Made by a program: the position numbers and the translations under genes
Notes under the pieces: generated by a model
Databases searched by the model: none
What the model saw: the letters and a program-made list of their open reading frames with translations, nothing else
Told to the model about the DNA's origin: nothing
Shown here: positions 10,929-20,382 of the stretch, piece by piece
Layout: the number at the start of each line of letters is the position of its first letter
Numbering within the stretch: position 1 is the stretch's first letter
Virus record (IMG/VR): IMGVR_UViG_3300036770_006296
Span: 1-64,000 of that record
Strand: one strand, 5' to 3'
DNA length: 64,000 bases

Positions 10929-11476
10929 TTTTAAATGTCAGGCAAAACGGCTTCATATTTAATTTCCCTAAGGGATTTATTTTACCAGAAGTCGTTCAAA
11001 AATATGAAAAGTATATCAATAGGATGCCTATTCCTTATGATACTGTAGATAGCTTTATAAACGCTACGATACAGCAGGTTAACTTCCCAACTCTAAGAAC
11101 TATAGATTCAGTAGAACAGATTAGACCAGGTGGATTTAAGCAGACTTATAAAAGTGCAACAACTCTTCAGAATTTAATTCAGAGAGACTTCACAGTAACT
11201 TTTAAGCTAGGCGAGGGATTTATAAACTATTGGGTTTTATATGAGAACATTATAAAGTTCCTAGACTTCCAAAATCCTAATGAATATCTTCCGGATTTTA
11301 GATTATTGCTTTTAGATAATGATGGTATAGTTATGGCTAGTGTACTTTTACAACAGCCGATATACACATCATTGTCGGAGATACAATTAAATTATGCTAG
11401 TACTACTCCTCAATTTTCCACTTTTAGTATAGGCTTTAAATGCAACTACATTAATCTTAATCTTGAAATCGGATAG
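10925..11476 (+). CDS. Putative tail tube/tube-initiator-fold structural protein
   Basis: 183 aa; the pattern QQVNFPTL...RDFTVTFKL...YWVLYE...FSTFSIGFK loosely resembles T4 gp19/gp48/gp54-fold proteins. Coupled to the previous gene by an ATGA overlap. Confidence 0.3.
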   Translation: MILNVRQNGFIFNFPKGFILPEVVQKYEKYINRMPIPYDTVDSFINATIQQVNFPTLRTIDSVEQIRPGGFKQTYKSATTLQNLIQRDFTVTFKLGEGFINYWVLYENIIKFLDFQNPNEYLPDFRLLLLDNDGIVMASVLLQQPIYTSLSEIQLNYASTTPQFSTFSIGFKCNYINLNLEIG

Positions 11477-12149
11477 AATAATAGGTATAGATTTTTCGTT
11501 GAATTCCCCTGGTATTTGTATATTGGAAGAAACATCTTGTAAATGGGTTAGTCTACACAGAACTAAAAACATTATAGATAAGATGCTGAAAAAAGAGGGA
11601 TCGCCTTTTCATGTGTTGAATGATAGTAAATCAATAGATATAAATATAATCGAGAAAAAAGAATTTAAAGGCGAATATCACATAATAGAAAGGGACAAAA
11701 TAGTAAATGCAGTTTATTTTTCTGAAAAACTAATAGATTTAATTGATCCATATTTAAGTGAGAAAACTATAGTTGGTATGGAGGGACTTTCGTTTGGATC
11801 TTCAGGTAATTCTCTTATTGATATTTCTATGACTACTGCTTTGGTTAGATCTGCTATAATAAAAAAGATAGATCCTAATAATTTTTTTGTCCTATCACCT
11901 ACGACAATTAAAAAATATGCTTTAAAGGGAAACTCTAAGAAGGATGAATTATATAATACATTAATAGAGAAAAGAATGGATGACGATAGGCTTAAGCCAT
12001 TTTTGAGTATTTTGAAAGAATATAGGGATTCGTGGGTAAAAGGAACTAATAAAGTGGAAGGACCTTGTTCTGATTTAGTAGATGCAACATGGATATCTTT
12101 ATTCGTTGAGGAAAATTTAGAGAAACTTTTATCTGGTAAGAAGGTATAA
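11463..12149 (+). CDS. RuvC-like Holliday junction resolvase (RNase H fold)
   Basis: Acidic RuvC motifs IIGIDFSLNSPG, MEGLSFGS, SPTTIKKYA.KGN..KDE and DLVDA. Confidence 0.75.
   Translation: MKSDRIIGIDFSLNSPGICILEETSCKWVSLHRTKNIIDKMLKKEGSPFHVLNDSKSIDINIIEKKEFKGEYHIIERDKIVNAVYFSEKLIDLIDPYLSEKTIVGMEGLSFGSSGNSLIDISMTTALVRSAIIKKIDPNNFFVLSPTTIKKYALKGNSKKDELYNTLIEKRMDDDRLKPFLSILKEYRDSWVKGTNKVEGPCSDLVDATWISLFVEENLEKLLSGKKV
12122..12149 (+). promoter_or_regulatory. Putative early/middle promoter GAAAC-N16-GGTATAA upstream of the SSB gene
   Basis: Same bipartite motif and spacing as the copies at 26039, 28886, 37476, 44287 and 53636. Confidence 0.55.
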
Positions 12150-12189
12150 GTATTAAATAATAAGTAATAATTTAAATAATTTAAGTATC

Positions 12190-13155
12190 ATGGAAGAAAA
12201 TTTTGACATTTTTAATCTGGACAATGAGGCATTTGTTAAACAAGAAGTTAAAAAGGACGAGGATGAATCCCTCTATAAGCCTTACCCCGAATTAGGTAAA
12301 GATGGGGTTTACAAATCTTTGGTTAGATTTTTACCAAACATTACAAATCCAAAAAAATCGAAAATTCACCAATACTACGTTTGGTTGAAAGACCCGGTAG
12401 ATGGAACAAATCACAAAGCTATTTGTCCATCAACAGTGGGAAAAAAATCAATTCTTAAAGACCTCTTCTGGAAGCTTAAGAATTCTCCTTCTGCTAAAGA
12501 TCAAGAGATTTCTAAATCTTTCTCTAGAAAAGAAGATTTTTATTCTTTAATTCAGGTAGTTAAAGACGCAAACCGTCCAGACCTTGAAGGTAAGATTATG
12601 ATCTTCAAATTCGGTAGAAAAGTTAACGATCTTATTGAACAGCAAATTAAACCAGAATTTGGTAATCCTTCAAATCCTTATGATTTGTTTGAGGGTAAGA
12701 ACTTTGGTATTCAAGTAAGAAAAGTAGGGGAGTGGAACAACTATGATCTTTGCCAATTCGTTGGAGATAAAATGCCAATCATGATTGACGGAGAAGCAGT
12801 AGAGAAAACAGAGAAGGGAAGAGATATCGTAACTAAATATCTTAAGACAGGTCCTTTGGATCTAGAAAAATATGACTATAGTGATTGGTCTGATGAAGAA
12901 TCTGAAAAGATCATGAGAATTGTTAGAAATACTATTCCTGATGGAAGAATGGTTTCTGAGATTATCGGATCTAGCTCTGATTCTAAAACATCTTCAGCAC
13001 CAACGGTTTCCGCAGATGATTTCTATGAGCAAGCTAATTCAAGATCAACCACATCAACAACTGATGATGATGTTGAGGAAGCACCTGCAAAACCTGCTAA
13101 GTCCTCACCTAAAAAATCAGCACCGTCTCTTGACGATCTTTATAACGATCTATAA
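12190..13155 (+). CDS. Single-stranded DNA-binding protein, T4 gp32-like
   Basis: LVRFLP, IMIFKFGRKV..LI, PYDLFEGKNF.I.VRKVGEWNNYD.CQF, and an acidic tail ending LDDLYNDL. Only one of the T4 zinc-site cysteines is apparent. Confidence 0.85.
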   Translation: MEENFDIFNLDNEAFVKQEVKKDEDESLYKPYPELGKDGVYKSLVRFLPNITNPKKSKIHQYYVWLKDPVDGTNHKAICPSTVGKKSILKDLFWKLKNSPSAKDQEISKSFSRKEDFYSLIQVVKDANRPDLEGKIMIFKFGRKVNDLIEQQIKPEFGNPSNPYDLFEGKNFGIQVRKVGEWNNYDLCQFVGDKMPIMIDGEAVEKTEKGRDIVTKYLKTGPLDLEKYDYSDWSDEESEKIMRIVRNTIPDGRMVSEIIGSSSDSKTSSAPTVSADDFYEQANSRSTTSTTDDDVEEAPAKPAKSSPKKSAPSLDDLYNDL

Positions 13156-13173
13156 TTAAAATAATGGATTGTT

Positions 13174-14247
13174 ATGGAATCAAAGGCTATAAGTGGTCTA
13201 TCAGTAGATAGAGTAAAAGGAATAGTATCTTCCGCTCTACTTAAGTTCTTTGGAAACGATTCTCAGAGATTAAAAATCTATCAAGGGGGCAACAGATTAA
13301 ATTTCTGTTGCCCTTATTGTGGAGACTCTAAGGATGCTAAAAAGAAAAGAGGTAATCTATATCTAGACACTTTAACTTACAAATGTTATAATGGAGGTTG
13401 TGGTATTTTCAAAAATCTCAACCAATTCACAAGAGATTTTGAAATACAATCAATGCTTTCTTCTGATGAAATATCGGAGATAGCAGAAATCTCTAGAAAT
13501 TCCACTATAAGGAAAAAGATAAGAAACTCCCTGGATTATTTCTTTGCTGAAAATTACAAAGATATACTTGTTGATCGCGAGGAGTTTAAAGAAAAACTTG
13601 GCTTGATTGAAACGCAAGGAACATACGGGGAGAAGTGGTTAAAGGAAAGGAATCACATTGCCGATGATAAATTTCTATGGGATCCTTATAGGAGAAATCT
13701 CTATCTTTTAAATTTATCTGGAGACGAGAAAAAGATTTTAGGTCTCCAGATTAGACCTGTCGTAAAAAAGAATGGGGGAAGTAAATACTACACATATAAG
13801 TTAAGTGGCATTTATAAGAATCTATTAAAAATAACAGATCCTGACACAATCTTAAAAGCCGAAGAGGTTGATCCAATATCTAATGTTTTTGGATTTTCTA
13901 CTGTCGATCTAGATTCTATGATAACAACTTTTGAAGGTCCATTGGATGCTTGGCTTTGTCCTAATGCAATAGCTTTATGTTCAATAAACAATCCATTCCC
14001 TTTTGATGTGTCCAATAAAAGATGGATGCTAGATGGTGACGATATTGGAAGACAAAAAGCTAGGGAGTTTTTAGAAAAGGGTGAACAGGTTTTTCTTTGG
14101 GGGAGATTTATAAAAGAATGTGATTTACCAGAAAGAAGCAAATGGGATTTAAATGATGTGGTTAACTATGTCAGATCCACCGGAAAAAAGATAAGGAGAT
14201 TAGATAATTACTTTTCTTCCGATAAATGGGATATTATAGATATATGA
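13174..14247 (+). CDS. DNA primase (T4 gp61/DnaG-like)
   Basis: Zinc finger CCPYCGDS...KCYNGGC and TOPRIM motifs FEGPLDA and LDGDDIG. Confidence 0.85.
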   Translation: MESKAISGLSVDRVKGIVSSALLKFFGNDSQRLKIYQGGNRLNFCCPYCGDSKDAKKKRGNLYLDTLTYKCYNGGCGIFKNLNQFTRDFEIQSMLSSDEISEIAEISRNSTIRKKIRNSLDYFFAENYKDILVDREEFKEKLGLIETQGTYGEKWLKERNHIADDKFLWDPYRRNLYLLNLSGDEKKILGLQIRPVVKKNGGSKYYTYKLSGIYKNLLKITDPDTILKAEEVDPISNVFGFSTVDLDSMITTFEGPLDAWLCPNAIALCSINNPFPFDVSNKRWMLDGDDIGRQKAREFLEKGEQVFLWGRFIKECDLPERSKWDLNDVVNYVRSTGKKIRRLDNYFSSDKWDIIDI

Positions 14248-14435
14248 AAAAGGCTAAGAAGAACAACAACAAGATAAAATTTCCTATTGATATTAAAGGA
14301 GATTTAGAGCTACCTGAATTTGATATTTCTGAAAACTTTTCGATTCCTAAACTAAAAAATAAGATAAGTTCCGAAGTGAAAGAAATATCTAAAACTAAAA
14401 AAAATAATAAATGTCAGAGCAACAGCCTAATGTAG
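14226..14435 (+). CDS. Small basic hypothetical protein
   Basis: K/N-rich 69-aa ORF filling the gap between primase and the UvsY-like gene; the true start may be the second Met. Confidence 0.4.
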   Translation: MGYYRYMKKAKKNNNKIKFPIDIKGDLELPEFDISENFSIPKLKNKISSEVKEISKTKKNNKCQSNSLM

Positions 14436-14878
14436 ATAAAAAAGATTTCGCTAGGGATTTTCAGCTAGAGAGAGAAGAATGGACGGAGAAAATAAGAGTT
14501 CTCTCCGTCAGAATGAAAAATATAAAAGAGCTAGCGGAGGTTCAAGTCGAATTGTATTCAAGCAGACAAATGCTTCTTGAAATGTATTCTAAGCTGGGTC
14601 AAGTGATGGTAAAATTAAACTCTAAATACAGAAGAGATAAAGCTGAAAGACTAAGATATTATTCGGAGTCGGTTCAGGTTAAATACGGGGCAAACGAAAA
14701 GACACCTTTAATAGAGGGAGACCTTTCTGAGCTAAAAGAAAGAATGGATCTTGTCGATGGACAAATCTCTTTTTTCAACGAGACTATGAAAACCGTGGAT
14801 CACATGCTCTACGGGGTGAAGTCAAGAATATCACTGGAAGAATATTTAAGATCTGGTGCTGTTAGAAATAATTACTAA
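14411..14878 (+). CDS. uvsY: UvsY-like recombination mediator
   Basis: All-helical 155 aa. The C-terminus IEGDLSELKERMDLVDGQISFFNETMKTVDHMLYGVKSRISLEEYLRSG parallels the T4 UvsY C-terminus, and the gene is directly upstream of uvsW. Confidence 0.6.
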   Translation: MSEQQPNVDKKDFARDFQLEREEWTEKIRVLSVRMKNIKELAEVQVELYSSRQMLLEMYSKLGQVMVKLNSKYRRDKAERLRYYSESVQVKYGANEKTPLIEGDLSELKERMDLVDGQISFFNETMKTVDHMLYGVKSRISLEEYLRSGAVRNNY

Positions 14879-14880
14879 TA

Positions 14881-16422
14881 ATGTTAAGATTTGTAGTAAG
14901 TGAAGATAATAATTGGTTAAGCTTAGTAGACTATTCAGAAGATTTTGAAAGAAAACAGATAGAAATATCTTTAACTAAGAAAATACACAACCATTTTTTT
15001 CATCCCCTTGTTAAGAAAAAACATTGGGATGGGTCTATATGCTTTGTGGATAAAAAATTACCCGTCTGGAGAGTTCCTATAGGTCTTTGGTCTGAGGTAT
15101 ATCAGATCTGCGAAAAATACAAGATAGAAGTAAACATTGAGGGATTAGAGAGATTAATAGATTCGGGTTTCACTCTAGAATCTTATACTGATTGGTGTAA
15201 CGAGTTCTTTAAAGATGGTGTCGGTGGAGATCCTAATAAAATGCCTAGGGATTACCAAATAGAAACAGCTTGGAAGATAATAAAATTTAAACTTTCAGTT
15301 TCAGAAGTTGCAACAAGCTCAGGTAAAACATTAATTGCTTTTATGGTAATGGCTTACCTAAAAGAGGTAATGAAAGTTAAGAAATTCTTAATGATTGTTC
15401 CTAATACGAATCTTGTTATACAGGGATCTGAAGATTTTGAAGAATATGGACTTGAAAAATTAGAGGACTGTGAAATTCAACAGATACATGGAGCAAATAA
15501 GAAAAAAATATCAGGGGGATTAATGATAGGAACATATCAATCCCTTGTAAAAATGGAACCCGAATTTTTTGATGATGTTGAAGCAGTTTTTGTTGATGAG
15601 TGTCACCAGGCACAAAGCGCATCTATAAAAAAGGTTGTTGCTGTATGTAAGGATTCTAAATGGAGATTTGGTTTATCCGGAACACTAGCAAATAAAAACA
15701 CTGCAGAATATTTGACCATCCAGCAATTCCTCGGTCCTCTTATAATGGAGATATCTCCTAAGTTTTTATTCGATAACAAATATGCTACCCCAGTTTCGAT
15801 TAAGATCGTAAAAATGGACTGGATGGATGACGAGATAAAAGAAAAGCTATCATCCCTTAAAGAGAACAAGACTGAAATGGAAGGTAATGAGATCTTTAAT
15901 CTGGAAAGAAAATTAGTTGTTGGTTCAGATAAAAGACTTAACTATATAATAGATTTTGTTCTCAAAACATCAAAGAACTCATTAATACTTTTCCAATCTG
16001 TTGGAGAAGGCTACGGCAAGAAGATTTATGATGGAATAAGGGAAAGAACTAATGATAGGGAGGTCTACTATATTGATGGGGATACCGATCCTGACAAAAG
16101 AGACATATTTACTAAGAGGATGGAGGAAGGAGTTAACAAAATAATGGTTGCTTCTTTTGGTACTATGTCCACTGGTATATCAGTAAAAAACATTCACAAT
16201 ATATTCTTAACCGAATCATATAAGTCGGAGGTACTTATAAAGCAGAGTTTAGGAAGGGGCATGAGATTGTTCGAGGGTAAGGAGAAAGTTAACATAATAG
16301 ATTTCGTAGATGATTTTGCTTGGGGCGGAAAAGAGAACTATTTGCTAAAGCATTCGAAGGAAAGAATAGAAATTTATAAAAGGGAACATTTCGATTATAA
16401 AATTTATAATGTCAAAATTTAG
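14881..16422 (+). CDS. uvsW: UvsW-like SF2 DNA helicase
   Basis: PRDYQ, ATSSGKT (Walker A), VDECH (motif II), LSGT, STGISVKNIHN and QSLGRGMR. Confidence 0.9.
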   Translation: MLRFVVSEDNNWLSLVDYSEDFERKQIEISLTKKIHNHFFHPLVKKKHWDGSICFVDKKLPVWRVPIGLWSEVYQICEKYKIEVNIEGLERLIDSGFTLESYTDWCNEFFKDGVGGDPNKMPRDYQIETAWKIIKFKLSVSEVATSSGKTLIAFMVMAYLKEVMKVKKFLMIVPNTNLVIQGSEDFEEYGLEKLEDCEIQQIHGANKKKISGGLMIGTYQSLVKMEPEFFDDVEAVFVDECHQAQSASIKKVVAVCKDSKWRFGLSGTLANKNTAEYLTIQQFLGPLIMEISPKFLFDNKYATPVSIKIVKMDWMDDEIKEKLSSLKENKTEMEGNEIFNLERKLVVGSDKRLNYIIDFVLKTSKNSLILFQSVGEGYGKKIYDGIRERTNDREVYYIDGDTDPDKRDIFTKRMEEGVNKIMVASFGTMSTGISVKNIHNIFLTESYKSEVLIKQSLGRGMRLFEGKEKVNIIDFVDDFAWGGKENYLLKHSKERIEIYKREHFDYKIYNVKI

Positions 16423-16429
16423 GAAATAG

Positions 16430-16438
16430 GATATATAG
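16430..16438 (+). promoter_or_regulatory. Putative late promoter GATATATAG
   Basis: Intergenic, upstream of a gene with the packaging-tag-like N-terminus. Confidence 0.55.
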
Positions 16439-16455
16439 AGTAGAAATAAAGCACT

Positions 16456-17064
16456 TTGATGTATAAAATTAAAAACTTCAAGGATTTTTGCCAAATTAAT
16501 GAGTCTAATGAGGATCTTTTCTTCAGAAGACATTTGGGAAGTAATGCCTCTACTTATGAAGATAGAGCTAAGAACCACTATGATTTAGGCAGTAATCCCA
16601 CTGTCCTACAGAAAACTCGAGACTTTTTCCAAAAAATGGAAAATAGAATAAACAGAGCGGCAGAAATAGGAAAGCAACAGGTAAGGCAAAACAGAGCGAC
16701 AAGAACTCACGGAGGTCCAGACACAGGATTTGAGATACTCTTTGGGGCTTTATCAGTTGTGCCCAATGTATTAAAAAGAGTATTTGGTCCTACTAAATAT
16801 GAATTCACTAAAAAATCTCCTAGCGATGAGAAAGTGGATATAGAATTCATGAGGCACACAAATGAAGACTTTGCACAAAATGAACTTCCTGCTATAAAAA
16901 CGGAAGATCAATTAGCAGATCATATAGGTGATCTTTATAATAGAGGTGACGTAGTAATGGGACAAGTTCCTGTATTAGATGATATAGCTAGAAATAGGGT
17001 AAATCTCTATTATCAACATCAGGCAAATCCAGCTCAGCCTATATTCCAAACAAATAATGTATAA
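16456..17064 (+). CDS. Hypothetical protein with CTS-like N-terminus (putative internal head protein)
   Basis: Begins KIKNFKDFCQINES. Confidence 0.5.
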   Translation: MMYKIKNFKDFCQINESNEDLFFRRHLGSNASTYEDRAKNHYDLGSNPTVLQKTRDFFQKMENRINRAAEIGKQQVRQNRATRTHGGPDTGFEILFGALSVVPNVLKRVFGPTKYEFTKKSPSDEKVDIEFMRHTNEDFAQNELPAIKTEDQLADHIGDLYNRGDVVMGQVPVLDDIARNRVNLYYQHQANPAQPIFQTNNV

Positions 17065-17067
17065 AAA

Positions 17068-17913
17068 ATGAAAAAATTCTCTTCAGCAGTAGAAAAAAAG
17101 AAGCAAGAACTAAAAGAAAGCCAAGTAGTTAATGAAAGAAACATGTACCTTGAGTTCTCTAAAAAATATCACAAAAAACATGGGGTTTCAGGACCTTTCG
17201 ATAAAAAATTCCAAGGAGATAAAAAAGCTCAGGAAGAATACATGGAAGGCCTATCTAAAGCTTGGAGTGATTATAAAAAAGAGAAGGGTATAAAACCTAA
17301 ATCTACTGGATCAAAATTTGACTTTGCTAAAAAGAAAATAAATGAGTCTAAAGCTCTTGAAATGGCTAAGAGCATGATAGGTGACGGAGGAGATCCTAAT
17401 TATCATTTCGTAACAATGTGTGACGACTTCTATTTTGAAAAAGGCGGGGAAATGATCAGATACAGTAAAGACATGATGTCCGCTCCACTTAAAGTGAAAA
17501 CCACTCCAGATTTAGGAGCTTACACTTTTGGGCCTTTTGCTAATTTAGATGAGTCTAAAATGTTTGCAGCAAGTATAGAATTAGACGAGATCAATGGTCC
17601 TAGAATGGTAACAATCGAAGACAGAAAAACCGGAGACGTCTATTGTAAATATTTAACTTGTAAGATGCAGCCAGTCTGGAACGAGATAGAGGAAGAAGAA
17701 ATAGAGGACGAGGAAGAACTTGAAGATCCAAATTCTGGGTATACTTACGGAGAGGAGCATGATGGTCACCCGGAGGAAACAGAAGACAGCTACGACGATG
17801 AAGATGAGGATGAAGATGATGAGTACGCTGCTACTATTCCTCAAGGGGATGACGATGAGGTCGAAGATGAAATTGAAGACGACGAAGACGAGGACGAATA
17901 CGACGAGGAATAA
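17068..17913 (+). CDS. Hypothetical protein with basic N-terminus and very acidic C-terminal tail (scaffold/core-like)
   Basis: LKES and INES sites, and a D/E-dominated C-terminal region of about 75 aa. Confidence 0.45.
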   Translation: MKKFSSAVEKKKQELKESQVVNERNMYLEFSKKYHKKHGVSGPFDKKFQGDKKAQEEYMEGLSKAWSDYKKEKGIKPKSTGSKFDFAKKKINESKALEMAKSMIGDGGDPNYHFVTMCDDFYFEKGGEMIRYSKDMMSAPLKVKTTPDLGAYTFGPFANLDESKMFAASIELDEINGPRMVTIEDRKTGDVYCKYLTCKMQPVWNEIEEEEIEDEEELEDPNSGYTYGEEHDGHPEETEDSYDDEDEDEDDEYAATIPQGDDDEVEDEIEDDEDEDEYDEE

Positions 17914-17918
17914 TAAAA

Positions 17919-18362
17919 ATGTTTGGCCCTATACAAAGTACCGCACTTTATCCGGTTTTACAACACTACACAGGATGTAAGATACATTCAATCTCACCAG
18001 ATGGGGATGATTTTTCATTTAGAACATTTCTAGGGGAAAGAGGAATACTTACTGAGGATACTACCGGAAATTGGAACATTACTATAGGAAAAGAGCTTGT
18101 ATACACGATCGAAAAGGATATCTTTAAGGTATTGATTAAGCCAGATAAAAAAAGCTCTTTAGAAGACTATATAGACATATTAAATGACTTAAATAACAAT
18201 CCAGACGTAAGCTATAGATCCAGGATTTTGGTAGCAAATATCATGAAATTTTTAGAGGAATATATAATAAGTTCTGATTTTGTCCCAAAGAAAAATTTAA
18301 GGATAGGACATCTTTTGATTTGTAATTTAAAAGGTAGAAAAATTATTAATTGTTTAAACTAA
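17919..18362 (+). CDS. Hypothetical protein
   Basis: 147-aa ORF in a tight operon arrangement. Confidence 0.5.
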   Translation: MFGPIQSTALYPVLQHYTGCKIHSISPDGDDFSFRTFLGERGILTEDTTGNWNITIGKELVYTIEKDIFKVLIKPDKKSSLEDYIDILNDLNNNPDVSYRSRILVANIMKFLEEYIISSDFVPKKNLRIGHLLICNLKGRKIINCLN

Positions 18363-20365
18363 TGGCTGGAATAAAATATTTAACGGACATATACGAAAAA
18401 AAAGGAAAGTCCTTTATTGAAAGCCTTTTCAATAAAAATTTAACTGTAACGGAAAATCTAGACGGTCCTTCTTTTTCTTTTGAAAGAGATTTTACTGGCG
18501 ATAACATATCTTTCTATAAAAAGGATCAAGATAATCCTATAACCAAGGTGGATAGGATATTAATGAGATATTACGAAAAGCCCATAAGCTATATAGAATC
18601 TCTATCTCTTGAAATCACAGATCAACTTCCTAAGGGATGGAGATTCGGAATGGTTTACTTTCCTAACAAAAAGCCAGTCAGAATTGAATACGATAGGATA
18701 CCAAAGAATCATCTTGTTTTAACACATGTTGTTGTTAGGGATGAATTTGGTGATATCATTAAAAATTTACAGGATAGGAATGAGCTCGATGAATGGGCGG
18801 ACAAGCTAGGAGTTGAAAGATCACCTATTATATTCCAAGGTAAACTTGATAGGGATCAAAAGATAGCTATAATGGATTTCCTTTCCACCCCATTAGCAGA
18901 TCTTAAAAATAAATTCCAGACCTCTAGTTTTAGTAACTATCTAATTTCAATCTTAAATAAAAAAGTAGAAAGAACAACACTTGGTAAGGATTTACAAGGT
19001 GAGATAGATTCCCTAGTTTTTAGATTCGAGGATGAAGACGGAAAAGAGGAAACTGTTTTAGCAAAAATGGTTGACCCTATTTTTCATGAGATAAACAGAA
19101 GCAGAAAAGTTACTCAAACATCTTATTTTCCTAGTGATGTTTATTCTTTGTGTCTTATAGATGTAATGAATTTTATACTAGAGACAGGAGTAGAAAACTT
19201 TATGGCTGAAGGCAATGATCCAGAGGAAAGATACATCAGTTTTGTTTTTGATGTATTTAAGAAGTTTGTATACGAGGAGGGTGAGAAATATGTAGGTGCA
19301 GATTTTCAAAAACCAGAATACTTGAAAACCGAAGGATTTGAAATAAATAAGGATTTAATAACTGACGAAGAAATTTTAAAGTCTATAGAAGACGACGAAG
19401 TTTATATAGACATTCTACAAATGATCCTTAACTCTTTTAGAAAGCTTAAAAGAAAACCACATGGATTTTTTACAGAGGGGCTAATCCAGCAATTTAATAT
19501 GCTAGTTGAAGATATTGCTAGCTATATAAACGCCAAAAAGAAAGATTTAGTTGAAGAGTCTTTAGGAGTTCCCAGCTTTGTTTGGTTTAAAAAAGTCGGT
19601 AGTAAATTTAATCCGATAATGAGTGACGAGGATGAAATAGACGAACTAGAAGAAATCATAGAAGGTTCTTCTTCTGGAGATGTTCTACCTCTTAATGAAT
19701 CTGAAATCCCAGAGACTATAACTGAAGACGAGAAGAAAGAAGACGCTTCAGAATTTTTCTCATTTAAGGATTTTAAAAAGGTAGTAGCTACACACAAAGA
19801 AAAAAAGAAGATAAAGATATTAAACGAGAATAGCCAGAAGGTAAATATTGTAATAGGTAAATTTCAGCCATTTAACAATGGGCATTTAAAAATGTGTACA
19901 AGATTAAAGAAGGAAAACAATTTACCGGTATTTCTATGTGTAGTACATCCTGGAAGTGAGCCAGGATCTAAATATCCATTCTCTGAGGATTTAATAAAAA
20001 AATCTATAGGTGCTTTAACATCAGAGAACAACAAACTTTTTGCTGGATATGAAATAATTCCGTCCAACCTTTTGGAGGATGCTCTAAATGCAGTAGTAAA
20101 ACATGCTAATCCTGCTTCTATATGTATAGGGGAAAGGGATTTTGAAAATATGATTCTTCAAAGAGAATGGGTAAGAAATAAATATGATTTAGAAGGAGGA
20201 GATATAGAAATATACAAAACACCGCAATGGTCAAATAATAATGATATTAGAACCTATATAAAAGATGGGGATTTCCAGCAATTTAAAAGTAAAGTCCCTA
20301 AATCTGTAGCGGTTCTTTTCAATGAATTTACTAAACAAATAAACGGATCCGAGAAGGATATATAA
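18350..20365 (+). CDS. Fusion of an RNA-ligase-like nucleotidyltransferase fold (degenerate) and a HIGH-superfamily cytidyltransferase-like domain
   Basis: N-terminal VTENLDG in the position of ligase motif I (K-x-D-G), and later IDSLVFRF/LAKMVD. C-terminal IVIGKFQPFNNGH resembles GRFQPxHxGH. Confidence 0.6.
   Translation: MFKLMAGIKYLTDIYEKKGKSFIESLFNKNLTVTENLDGPSFSFERDFTGDNISFYKKDQDNPITKVDRILMRYYEKPISYIESLSLEITDQLPKGWRFGMVYFPNKKPVRIEYDRIPKNHLVLTHVVVRDEFGDIIKNLQDRNELDEWADKLGVERSPIIFQGKLDRDQKIAIMDFLSTPLADLKNKFQTSSFSNYLISILNKKVERTTLGKDLQGEIDSLVFRFEDEDGKEETVLAKMVDPIFHEINRSRKVTQTSYFPSDVYSLCLIDVMNFILETGVENFMAEGNDPEERYISFVFDVFKKFVYEEGEKYVGADFQKPEYLKTEGFEINKDLITDEEILKSIEDDEVYIDILQMILNSFRKLKRKPHGFFTEGLIQQFNMLVEDIASYINAKKKDLVEESLGVPSFVWFKKVGSKFNPIMSDEDEIDELEEIIEGSSSGDVLPLNESEIPETITEDEKKEDASEFFSFKDFKKVVATHKEKKKIKILNENSQKVNIVIGKFQPFNNGHLKMCTRLKKENNLPVFLCVVHPGSEPGSKYPFSEDLIKKSIGALTSENNKLFAGYEIIPSNLLEDALNAVVKHANPASICIGERDFENMILQREWVRNKYDLEGGDIEIYKTPQWSNNNDIRTYIKDGDFQQFKSKVPKSVAVLFNEFTKQINGSEKDI
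20357..20365 (+). promoter_or_regulatory. Putative late promoter GATATATAA overlapping the upstream stop codon
   Basis: The motif ends in the TAA of the preceding gene and precedes the peptidase gene. Confidence 0.55.
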
Positions 20366-20382
20366 GTTAATTAAAAAGATGA

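Noticed and set aside
13130-13156. Sigma70-like TTGACG...TATAAT before the primase gene
   Set aside because: The spacer is only 15 nt and the element lies within the SSB coding end, so it is probably chance in AT-rich DNA.
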